Shown in pieces: positions 1-8,149 of a stretch of DNA of 64,000 nucleotides (position 1 is its first letter; the number at the start of each line of letters is the position of its first letter). Origin of the DNA: Thermoanaerobaculia bacterium (GTDB lineage Bacteria > Acidobacteriota > Thermoanaerobaculia > Multivoradales > UBA5704). A program made the position numbers and the translations under genes. The DNA is taken from NCBI GenBank assembly GCA_044226625.1, contig JBGAGQ010000020.1, forward strand, positions 31,899 to 95,898, in the 5' to 3' direction. The notes under the pieces are model-generated. The model was not told where the DNA came from. It did not search any database and saw only the letters and a program-made list of their open reading frames with translations.

Positions 1-216
1 GCCCCCTCCTAACCTCCCCCCGCAAGCGGGGGGAGAGACACTTCGGCGAGCGGTCGTGCCGGACCGAGCGAGGCGCAAAGGCCGAGCACGGCGGGAAACA
101 CACAGACCTACCGAAGAGCCTCCTCCCCCGCTTGCGGAGGAGGATCGAGGTGGGGGCGCCTCTGCGGCGACGAAGGTCCCGTCCTAGGGCTCACCCTGAG
201 AGCAGGGGGAGGGACA
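1..216. repeat. REP-like GC-rich palindromes: inverted pair (1-38 and 121-157) plus a degenerate third copy (~177-216)
   Basis: Perfect hairpin CTCCCCCCGC-AA-GCGGGGGGAG (14-35). The reverse complement of 122-157 (GCCCCCACCTCGATCCTCCTCCGCAAGCGGGGGAGG) closely matches 1-35. Intergenic, downstream of the PP2C gene. Confidence 0.65.
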
Positions 217-226
217 CCTCGGCCGG

Positions 227-1006
227 TCAGCCTACGGTCTCGTCGGGATCTTGGTCTTCGAAGGTGAGGAGGACGACGGTGACGTTATCGGTGCCGCCGC
301 GGGCGTTCGCATCGGCGACCAGGGCGCGGCAGGTCTCGTGGAGCGAACGACCGGAGAGGAGGCAGTCGCGGATCTCGCGATCGGAGAGCATGGTCGTCAG
401 GCCGTCCGAGCAGAGCAGGAAGAGGTCTCCCGGCGCCATCTCCAGCTCCCGCACGTCGATCAGGATCTCCGATTCGCCGCCGAGAGCGCGCGTCACCACG
501 TTTTTCAGCGGGTGCGAGCGGGCCTGCTCTTTGGAAAGGAAACCCGCGACGACCTGCTCGTGAACCCAGGTGTGGTCCTGGGTGAGCTGCTCGAGGACCC
601 CGTCCCGAAGGCGGTAAGCGCGGCTGTCGCCGACGTGGGCGACCGCGCCCGAGTCGCGTTCGAGGAGGAACCCGACCACCGTGGTCCCCATGCCGGACAG
701 CGAGTCGTCCTGCTCGATCGCCCGCAGCACCTTGTGATGGGCCGCCTTGAGCGCCATCTTCAAGCGCCGCGCGCCGTGGCCGAGAGCGCCGTCCGGGCCG
801 AGCGGGATACCGTCCTGCGCGCTCTTTTCGATGTAATCCCGGATCGCCCGCACGGCAACCTGCGCCGCGACCTCGCCGTGGTTGTGCCCGCCCATCCCGT
901 CGGCGACCACGTAAAGGCGGTGCTCGGGATCGATCTCGAAGTAATCCTCGTTGTGCAGCCGGGTCAACCCGACGTCGGAGAGGCCGCAGGCCTTCACTTT
1001 GAGCAT
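227..1006 (-). CDS. PP2C-family Ser/Thr protein phosphatase (Stp1/PrpC-like)
   Basis: Motifs SDVGLTRLHNED, VADGMGGH, GMGTT, HVGDSRAY, LCSDGL, GGTDNVT. ATG at 1006 overlaps the upstream stop (TGATG). Confidence 0.93.
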   Translation of the reverse strand: MLKVKACGLSDVGLTRLHNEDYFEIDPEHRLYVVADGMGGHNHGEVAAQVAVRAIRDYIEKSAQDGIPLGPDGALGHGARRLKMALKAAHHKVLRAIEQDDSLSGMGTTVVGFLLERDSGAVAHVGDSRAYRLRDGVLEQLTQDHTWVHEQVVAGFLSKEQARSHPLKNVVTRALGGESEILIDVRELEMAPGDLFLLCSDGLTTMLSDREIRDCLLSGRSLHETCRALVADANARGGTDNVTVVLLTFEDQDPDETVG

Positions 1007-1644
1007 CAGCCGCTCCGTCCGAACAGGCCGCGTCGGCGCGCGGGGGCGAGCGCTTCCAGGGCGGCCGCCACCTGCGGATCGTCGCCGCCCCAATTGAGCG
1101 CCTCGCGATAGAACCGCTCGGCTTTCGGGACGTCTCCCGCTTCGGCGGCGAGACGCCCGGCGAGCTTGAGATACGCCGGGTTCATCGGGGCGAGTTGGCA
1201 GGCGCGCTCGATCGCGATGACCGCCCGCGACGCCTGTCCGGGCGCCTGCGAGCAGGCCAAGGCCAGATGGTGCCACGCCTGCGCGTTGCCACGCTCCTCT
1301 TGGACGGCCGCATCGAAGTTCTCCACCGCCGCGGGGTAGTCGCGCTCGCGGTAGGCCTTGATGCCACGCTGCAGGTAGACCCGGCCCAGGTTGCGTGCCT
1401 CGGTCGTCTGCGCCGATTCGTTGGGCCGGGAGAGCGCGCGGTCGTGCTCGCGCCGCTGCGTCGCGTCGGAGAGGACGTTGAAGGCCTGGGTGATCGCCTG
1501 GAAGTCCTGCTCCGCCTTCTCCTTCGCCGCGCCCTGGAAACGGTCGGGATGCCGCTCCCGCGCAAGCTCGCGGAAACGAGCTCGGACCTGCTCCTCGGTG
1601 GCGTTCCGAGGCAAAGCGAGTACCGCGTAGAAATCGGTGGACAT
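1006..1644 (-). CDS. J-domain (DnaJ) protein with C-terminal TPR repeats
   Basis: N-terminal DFYAVL...RHPDRF with intact HPD motif, followed by three TPR-like helical pairs. Confidence 0.88.
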   Translation of the reverse strand: MSTDFYAVLALPRNATEEQVRARFRELARERHPDRFQGAAKEKAEQDFQAITQAFNVLSDATQRREHDRALSRPNESAQTTEARNLGRVYLQRGIKAYRERDYPAAVENFDAAVQEERGNAQAWHHLALACSQAPGQASRAVIAIERACQLAPMNPAYLKLAGRLAAEAGDVPKAERFYREALNWGGDDPQVAAALEALAPARRRGLFGRSG

Positions 1645-1654
1645 GGGTCGGCGA

Positions 1655-2659
1655 TTATTGAAGCTTGATTCTATACAAACGGAGAGCGGTCGAGCGCACG
1701 ACGTCGGGAATGTTGCGGTCCCGACCGAGCTCGCGAAGATCGCGCACCGCCAGGCGCCCGACCAGCCGCATCGCGTGGACCACCGGCGTCCGCGGATTCT
1801 GCACCAGCGCCTTGATGATCGGATATTTCGCCGCCCACTCCCTGCGGTTGGCGATCTCGGAGAGGACCTCTTCGCACACCGCCCGGTTGCGCGCGATCTG
1901 CTCCGCCTCGGTGTCGGGAATGCCGTTGTTGGTGAGCACCCCGACGGCGATCTGGGCCACCGGATCGCGAATCAGGATGTTGCGCAGAGGCTTCGCTGCA
2001 CCGCGGGTGAGGCGCATCCGCGCGGGCACCGGCAGTAGGCGGATCTGCCCTTCCGAAAGGCCCGTCTGCTCGTCGAACTCGCCCACCGCCGGCTCGGATT
2101 TGACCGCCGCCACCGCCGCGACGAACGCCTCCTCCGAGATCTCAGGAATGTCGTGCGCGGCCGAAGGCGCGCGCGGCAGGAGGTGCTGCCGGTATTCGAG
2201 GATGCGCCGGTGGGCGTAGATCGAGATCTGCGGATTCGCCTCCAGCGCATCGAGGATCGCCGGCTCCTCGACGATCGCGTCCTGGCGAAGGATGAGGATC
2301 TCCTGCAGGTCGGACGGGAGCCAGCGCGCCATCTCCACGAGCAGCGGGCGCGGCGCGTCTCGGCGCCGGAGGATCGCTTCGAGGACCACCGGATGCCGCA
2401 GGCGGTCGACGCAGTACGAGAGCACGTCGTACGACGGAATCCGCTCGACCAGGCGGGAGAGCATCCTCGGATCGAGCGCGGCGAGCGCGCCCCCGGCGAG
2501 CGAGGCGAGCTCCGCGTCGGCCGAGCGCGCGAGCTCGATCTGAAGGGGGACCAAATCTTCCGGCGGAAGCGGCAGCAGGCCGGTGGCGGCCAGTCGACGA
2601 AGCTCGACGTTGGTCCCGGATCGGACCTGCTCGATCAGGGAATTGCCACCCTCGGCCAC
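1655..2659 (-). CDS. Conserved hypothetical alpha-helical repeat protein (HEAT/LRV-like, NPxTP motif)
   Basis: Leu/Ala/Arg-rich helical repeats, LVQNPRTP motif, coding-like composition. GTG start at 2659 inferred, just after the rodZ stop. Confidence 0.75.
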   Translation of the reverse strand: MAEGGNSLIEQVRSGTNVELRRLAATGLLPLPPEDLVPLQIELARSADAELASLAGGALAALDPRMLSRLVERIPSYDVLSYCVDRLRHPVVLEAILRRRDAPRPLLVEMARWLPSDLQEILILRQDAIVEEPAILDALEANPQISIYAHRRILEYRQHLLPRAPSAAHDIPEISEEAFVAAVAAVKSEPAVGEFDEQTGLSEGQIRLLPVPARMRLTRGAAKPLRNILIRDPVAQIAVGVLTNNGIPDTEAEQIARNRAVCEEVLSEIANRREWAAKYPIIKALVQNPRTPVVHAMRLVGRLAVRDLRELGRDRNIPDVVRSTALRLYRIKLQ

Positions 2660-2661
2660 GC

Positions 2662-3609
2662 TTAGGGCGACTCTTTCTCGCTCTGGATCTGTCGCAACGT
2701 GTCGAGGTCGATCGAGCGCCGGACGACCTCGCCTTGCCGCCGCGGCAGGGAATAAGGCAGACCGTTCAACCGCGCGTCGACCGCGCCCGAGCTGCCGAGC
2801 GTCAGCTCGATCGTGCGGTCCGCCTCGAGCTGGAGCGTCTCGCCCTGGACCCGCTTCTCGCTCACGTGTCGCGCGCCCGCGTCCATAACCGCGTCGACCC
2901 AACAGTCGGCCGTGAAGTCGAGCGTCAGACGAAGCGCCCGAGCGGGAGTCGCCGGCGCAGGCGCCGGTGGAGGCTGGGGCGCTGGGCGCGTCGCGGCGGG
3001 AGGCGCGCTAGCGGCCGCGGGCGCCGCGGCCGCTCCGGAACCGAAGCCGGCCGGCGCGGCGGGATGGGCGCGCCGCTGATCCGCGAGCCAGGCGGCGAGC
3101 GCCACGACGCCGAGCAGCGCCGTGGTCGCGAGGCCGAGGAACAACCAGCGCCGCCAGGCGCCGCTGGACGACGGCCGCGACATCGTCAACGGCGGACCGC
3201 CGGCGAGCGAAACCGAGGAACCGGTGAATCCCTCCGAGCTGCCGGAGCCGGAAGAGCCGGCGGAACCGCCCTCCCGACCCTCGAGACCTTGGGCCGCGAG
3301 GAAATGGTTGACCACCTCGTCCGGATTCAGGCCGACGTACCGCGCGTACTCCCGCAGGAAGCCGCGCGCGAACACCGGCGCGGGAAGCAGGGCGAACCGG
3401 TTCTCCTCGAGCGCCTCGAGATACCGCAAGCTGATCTTCGTCCGCTCGGCGATCTCGCGCAGGCTCACCTCGCGCGCTTCGCGCTGCCGGCGCAGCCAGA
3501 TGCCGAACGAGCCCGGATCGCCCTCGACCGGACGCTCGATCGGCGCCGGGGGCGCCGCCGGTCCGTCGGACTTGGCGCCACGCGACCGTGGCTCGACCGG
3601 GGAGGCCAA
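2662..3609 (-). CDS. rodZ: RodZ-family protein (HTH, TM helix, DUF4115-like C-terminal domain)
   Basis: FGIWLRRQREAREVSL...RYLEALEE...FARGFLREYARYVGL, one TM helix, C-terminal CWV...LGSSGAVDARLNG. TTG start at 3609 with GGAG RBS inferred. Confidence 0.85.
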   Translation of the reverse strand: MASPVEPRSRGAKSDGPAAPPAPIERPVEGDPGSFGIWLRRQREAREVSLREIAERTKISLRYLEALEENRFALLPAPVFARGFLREYARYVGLNPDEVVNHFLAAQGLEGREGGSAGSSGSGSSEGFTGSSVSLAGGPPLTMSRPSSSGAWRRWLFLGLATTALLGVVALAAWLADQRRAHPAAPAGFGSGAAAAPAAASAPPAATRPAPQPPPAPAPATPARALRLTLDFTADCWVDAVMDAGARHVSEKRVQGETLQLEADRTIELTLGSSGAVDARLNGLPYSLPRRQGEVVRRSIDLDTLRQIQSEKESP

Positions 3610-3676
3610 TTCGGTTTCTGCTCCGCGTTGAGGAATTCGGCGTCGTTTGAAGGATTGTTCCGCCACTTGGCTTCGA

Positions 3677-3705
3677 ACTCTACGCGCCCGCCCCCTGGCG
3701 GTCAA
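3677..3705 (-). promoter_or_regulatory. Sigma70-type promoter upstream of rodZ
   Basis: Minus strand TTGACC-N17-TAGAGT. Confidence 0.6.
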
Positions 3706-3831
3706 ATGCTGCAATCGAATAAATCGCCCTCTCGGACGACCGGCGTCCGCTCGGGCAATGAAGGGCGGACGAACGACGAACGATCGACGGAAAAACCGCT
3801 TCCGATCATGGGAAAGCGAAGGACGCGTGCC

Positions 3832-4641
3832 TCAGCCGACGCCGCCCGAAAGCAGCTCGGCGCGGCGCCGGAGCGGGGTCGCCAGACGGCCGTCCGCGGC
3901 GATGCCACGAAGCTCGTCTTTCCGCAAACCCGGCAGCAAGGGGAGCGCGATCGCCACGGGCGTCTTCGGGTTGCGACAGATCAGGAGGCGGAGATCGTGG
4001 CGCGCTCCCCAGCGCGGGTTGGCCGCGACGGCCTGAAGGAGGGCGGGCAGCGCCCGTTCGCTCGCGAGCGCGGGACCGAGCAGACCTTCGGTGAGGCGAG
4101 GGTTCTCGAGCAACGCGGCGATCACCCGGGGGGTCGGGTCGCCGCGCAACACGGCGATCACGCCGGCCCCGCAGCGCCGGGCGATCGCGATCTTCTCGCC
4201 GATCGCGAGCCGAGGAAGCCGGACGAGCAACGCCGTCTCAGCCGCGCGTCGAACCGTGGGCCGAACCCTCACCTCGACGCTCACCGCGAGCAGGTCCGCC
4301 CAGTAGAGCCCTCCGACGAGATCGAGTGCGACCACTTCGGGTGCCCGTGGGCAGAGCGCCAGGGCGCGACGCACCGAATAGGCCGAGACGAGGCCCGGCC
4401 GCTCGGAGATCATGCGCGCGCCATCGCTCTCGAGGAACGGATTGCGCAGGGCCGCGACCGCCTCGTCCGGGCCGAACCGCTCGAGGTGCTCCGCGAGCAA
4501 ACGGGACAGCTCCTCTGGAGTCGCTTCGCGCAACCGCCGCGCGAGCTCGGTCTCGGGAGCCGCGGGCTCTTCGACCGACGGATCGGCCGCCTCGGCCGAC
4601 ATCCGCTCGTCGGCGATGGGGGCGATGGGATCGGCGCTCAC
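3832..4641 (-). CDS. Hypothetical helical-repeat protein, probable paralog of 1655..2659
   Basis: Shares the C-terminal pattern LLENPRLTE...ANPRW...ICRNPKTP. Start uncertain (GTG 4641 or ATG 4602). The longer ORF-track version overlaps greA antisense. Confidence 0.7.
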   Translation of the reverse strand: MSADPIAPIADERMSAEAADPSVEEPAAPETELARRLREATPEELSRLLAEHLERFGPDEAVAALRNPFLESDGARMISERPGLVSAYSVRRALALCPRAPEVVALDLVGGLYWADLLAVSVEVRVRPTVRRAAETALLVRLPRLAIGEKIAIARRCGAGVIAVLRGDPTPRVIAALLENPRLTEGLLGPALASERALPALLQAVAANPRWGARHDLRLLICRNPKTPVAIALPLLPGLRKDELRGIAADGRLATPLRRRAELLSGGVG

Positions 4642-4695
4642 CCCGGGGAGCTTACCGCCGAAGACGCCGGATTCTGCTATCGTTCGCGGTCCCCT

Positions 4696-6756
4696 ATGGC
4701 GATCTCCCGGAACACCCAGACCCAACTCTCCAAAGGCGACTTTTCGGCCATCGAGTCCGATTGGCTGGCGAAGTCCGAGTCCTCTCCGGAGGACCTCGAT
4801 TATTTCGTCGGCGTCGCCCGCGCGCTGATCGGCAACGGCGAGGACGACCGCGCCGCCACGCTGCTCGAGATGCTCGACGACGAGCTCAAAACGAAAGAGC
4901 TCTGGCGCGTCCGCCTGAAGCTCCTGTCGCGCGCCGGCTCGCTCTTCATCGCGGGCGAAAAGCTGCACGCGGCGATCATGGCGACGCTCAAGCGGCTCCA
5001 CGGCGCGCGCCCGAGCTTCCAGGGCCTGGCCGAGGCGGCCGGCCTGACCCGGGCGACCCACGATCTGCCCAAGACATGGGAGAAGGTCGAGCGCTTCGAG
5101 AGCTTGCTCGCGTTCGACATCGGCTCGGTCGTCATGATGGAGGGCAAAGGGGTCGGCCGCGTCGTCGAGGTCAATCTCGGCCTGGAGAGCTTCAAGGTCG
5201 ATTTCGAGCGGATTCGCGGCATGAACGTCGGCTTCAAAGCCGCGGCGAAGCTGCTGCGTCCGCTCGAGCCCGATCACATCCTGCGCCGGAAGCTCGAGGC
5301 GCCGGACGCCCTCAAGGCGCTCGCCAAGGAGCGCCCTTCCGAGCTGCTGCGCGGCGTCCTGGTGAGCTTCGGGCGGCCGCTCAACGCGACCGAAATCCGC
5401 GAAGCGCTCGCGGGCGTCGTCACCGAAGCGCAGTGGACCGGTTTCTGGAACGCCGCGCGCAAACATCCGCAGGTGGTGGCGGCAGGCACCGGCAAGCAGA
5501 CCTACCGGTGGGCCGAGACCAGCGCCGACGCGCTCGACGACGTCTGGCGTTCGTTCAGCCGCGCCGAGCCCCGACGGAAGATCGAGCTGTTCCGACGCGA
5601 CGCCGGGCGCGACGCTGCCCTCGCCGGAAAGATGGCCGAAGATCTCGGCCGGATCGCCGAGAGCGTCAACGACACCGAGCCCGGCCTCGCCTGGGAGATC
5701 TGGTTCAACCTGGAGCGCCAGGTCGGCGCGCCGGAGGGTGTCGATTGGGCCCCCGACGCGCTACTCCAAGACGCCGAACCGCGACGCCTGGCGGGAGGGA
5801 TCGAGGACCGCCTTCTGCGCGAGCGCGCCTACGCGATGTGGCGCGAGAAGAGCGAGCGCTGGCCCGAGATCTTCCGCGACCTGTTCGGCATCGAACAGGA
5901 TCCGCGGGCGCTCGACCTGCTCGCCGACGGCCTCGCGGTCGCCGCGCCCAAGGACTACGAGCGGATCCTCGACGGTCTCCTCTCCCAGCCGCATCGCCAG
6001 CCGGCCGCCTTCGCCTGGCTCGCCGAGCGGGCGGCGACCGACGAATCGCTGCGCGCGCGCAACCCGCTGCGCCTAATGCAGCAGATCTTCACCGCCGTCA
6101 CACGGGACGAGTTCACCTCCGTCCGGCTGCGCCTGCTCGCGCTGGTCGAATCGGGGAGCACGGTGCCGCGTCTGCTCTCGCATCTCTCCGAGACGCAGGC
6201 CCCGCAGGCCTTCGACGCGGTCGAACGGGCCGCGGCCCTCGAGCCCTATCAGCGCCAGCAGCTCGCGAACGCCCTCGAACTCCGCTTCGCCTCGCTGCGT
6301 AAGGACGACGAGACACCGCTCTACGCCCTGCGCGGCTCGATCGAGGAGAAACGCCAGGAGCTCCAGAAGCTGCTCACGATCGAGATCCCGGCGAACCGCA
6401 AGGCGATCGAAGAGGCGCGCGCGCTCGGCGACCTGCGCGAGAACTTCGAGTACAAGTCGGCGCGCCAGCGCCACGAGTACCTGAACGCCCGCGCCGCGTC
6501 GCTGAACGGCGATCTCACCCGAGTCCGTCCGATCGAGCCCCCTTCCGACCTCTCGGAGGTCCGCATCGGCACCCGCGCGAACCTCGCGGGCGGCCGGACC
6601 CTGACGCTGCTCGGCCCCTGGGAAAGCCAGCCCGAGCAGGACGTCATCTCCTACGAGTCGGACCTGGGTAAATCGATCCTCGGCTTGAAGGCCGGCGGCG
6701 ACATCGAGCTCGACGGCACCAAGTTCCGCATCGAGTCGGTCGAGTCGGCAGTTTAG
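4696..6756 (+). CDS. greA: Long-form GreA/GreB transcript cleavage factor with ~530-aa N-terminal extension (686 aa)
   Basis: C-terminal EIPANRKAIEEARALGDLRENFEYKSAR and ISYESDLGKSILG Gre motifs. ATG at 4696 follows the extended -10 TGcTATCGT (4675-4683). Confidence 0.85.
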   Translation: MAISRNTQTQLSKGDFSAIESDWLAKSESSPEDLDYFVGVARALIGNGEDDRAATLLEMLDDELKTKELWRVRLKLLSRAGSLFIAGEKLHAAIMATLKRLHGARPSFQGLAEAAGLTRATHDLPKTWEKVERFESLLAFDIGSVVMMEGKGVGRVVEVNLGLESFKVDFERIRGMNVGFKAAAKLLRPLEPDHILRRKLEAPDALKALAKERPSELLRGVLVSFGRPLNATEIREALAGVVTEAQWTGFWNAARKHPQVVAAGTGKQTYRWAETSADALDDVWRSFSRAEPRRKIELFRRDAGRDAALAGKMAEDLGRIAESVNDTEPGLAWEIWFNLERQVGAPEGVDWAPDALLQDAEPRRLAGGIEDRLLRERAYAMWREKSERWPEIFRDLFGIEQDPRALDLLADGLAVAAPKDYERILDGLLSQPHRQPAAFAWLAERAATDESLRARNPLRLMQQIFTAVTRDEFTSVRLRLLALVESGSTVPRLLSHLSETQAPQAFDAVERAAALEPYQRQQLANALELRFASLRKDDETPLYALRGSIEEKRQELQKLLTIEIPANRKAIEEARALGDLRENFEYKSARQRHEYLNARAASLNGDLTRVRPIEPPSDLSEVRIGTRANLAGGRTLTLLGPWESQPEQDVISYESDLGKSILGLKAGGDIELDGTKFRIESVESAV

Positions 6757-6768
6757 GGGCGCTCGGAC

Positions 6769-7428
6769 TTAGCTGCCGTTCCACAGCTCCAGCGTGTCCC
6801 GCTGGTCGCGGAGGAGGACTCTCTCCCCTCCGGAGAGCAGGTAGCCGAGATCGCGGAAACGGGCGAGCAGGCGCCGGCCCGCCGGGCTCGAGGCGAGGAC
6901 GACGCGGTGCGGATCGCGCTCCCGGATCCCTTCTTCCACCCAGAGGTTGTCGTCGTTCCACACGAAGGTCCGCCCGGCGACCTCGCTGGTCGTCGGAGGC
7001 TGGAACATGTAGCCCTGACTGGTGACGCTCACCACCTCCCGCGGCGCCTTCAAGGCGAGCGCCTGGGCGCGCTCGGCCGAGAAATCGCGGAGCAGGCCGA
7101 CGGCGATCAACGCCACGGCCGCCGTAGCGAGGGTGGCGAGACCTCCCCACCCGCTCGCGAGGCGAGCGAACAGGGACCGGCGCGGCGCGGGTGGGCTGCC
7201 CGCGGCCAAGACCGAAAGGCGCACCCGCTGGGCGAGATCGGCCGGCGGCGCCGAGCGCGGGATCTCGGCGAGGCGCGAGACCGTGACGCGAAGGCGCCCC
7301 AGACGAGCCCGACAGTCGGGGCACGATTCGAGGTGCAGGTCGAGCCGCCGTCGCTCAGCGAGCGGCAGCTCGCGGTCGAGATACGCCGAGGCGACCTCGG
7401 TCGAGACGTGTTGCGATGGGCGATTCAT
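6769..7428 (-). CDS. Zinc-binding (ZAS/zf-HC2) membrane anti-sigma factor
   Basis: SAYLDREL...HLESCPDC (HxxxCxxC), one TM helix, overlaps the sigma stop codon. Confidence 0.85.
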   Translation of the reverse strand: MNRPSQHVSTEVASAYLDRELPLAERRRLDLHLESCPDCRARLGRLRVTVSRLAEIPRSAPPADLAQRVRLSVLAAGSPPAPRRSLFARLASGWGGLATLATAAVALIAVGLLRDFSAERAQALALKAPREVVSVTSQGYMFQPPTTSEVAGRTFVWNDDNLWVEEGIRERDPHRVVLASSPAGRRLLARFRDLGYLLSGGERVLLRDQRDTLELWNGS

Positions 7429-8015
7429 GACGGGTTCTCCAGCAAGTCGCGCAGGCGTTCCCGCCCGCGCGCGATTCGCGAGCGCACGGTGCCGATCGGC
7501 ACGCCGAGCGCGGCGGAGATTTCTTCGTAGGCCAACCCTTCGAGGTCGCGGAGCACCACGGCCTCGCGGAATTCGATCGGCAAGCGGCCGAGCGCCTCGC
7601 TGACGCGGCGCCCGTCGTCGGAGGCGACGGCGAGATCCTCAGGACCTCGGCCGAGATCCGGTAGCGGCTGGGCGGTCTCCTCTCCCTCTTCGAACAAGCG
7701 GAGGAACGACCGGCGGCCGCCGCCGCTCAAACGCCCGCGGCAATGGTTGAGGGCGATCCGGTATACCCAGGTGCGCAGGGCGGACCGGCCACCGAAACCG
7801 CCGAGATGGCGGTAGATGCGTAGGAAGATTTCCTGGGACAGATCGGCGGCCCGGTCGGCGTCGCCGGCCAAGCGGAGGGTCAGATTCCAGACCATCTCGG
7901 CAAACTGGGAGTAGACCTCGTCGAAAGCCGTGCGGTCGCCGGCCCGATGCCGTTCGACCAGCTCGAGCTCGGCGTCCCGTACCTCGGTGGAGGTGGAGAT
8001 CAAGGCGACGCTCAC
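7425..8015 (-). CDS. ECF RNA polymerase sigma factor (SigE/SigW-like)
   Basis: Region 2 AADLSQEIFLRIY...TWVYRIALN and region 4 YEEISAALGVPIGTVRSRIARGR. Confidence 0.93.
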   Translation of the reverse strand: MSVALISTSTEVRDAELELVERHRAGDRTAFDEVYSQFAEMVWNLTLRLAGDADRAADLSQEIFLRIYRHLGGFGGRSALRTWVYRIALNHCRGRLSGGGRRSFLRLFEEGEETAQPLPDLGRGPEDLAVASDDGRRVSEALGRLPIEFREAVVLRDLEGLAYEEISAALGVPIGTVRSRIARGRERLRDLLENPS

Positions 8016-8066
8016 CGGGTCCTCCCCGGCCCCGATCCCGGTACGGCTCGGGGCCTCAACGCAAGC

Positions 8067-8095
8067 TTAGACCCATCGGCCCCCGAAATGGTTCC
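8067..8095 (-). promoter_or_regulatory. Putative autoregulatory sigmaE-type ECF promoter
   Basis: Minus strand GGAACC-N17-GTCTAA about 50 nt upstream of the sigma gene. Confidence 0.65.
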
Positions 8096-8149
8096 CGACC
8101 TTCTGGCGTCGGGGCCGACGCGCCCCCTGTCGTAGACTCGAACGCCACG

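Noticed and set aside
2734-4695. 1340-aa ORF suggesting an even larger GreA fusion
   Set aside because: The first 654 codons are antisense to rodZ and the repeat protein and are Arg/Gly-rich shadow sequence. Promoter and composition support a start at 4696.
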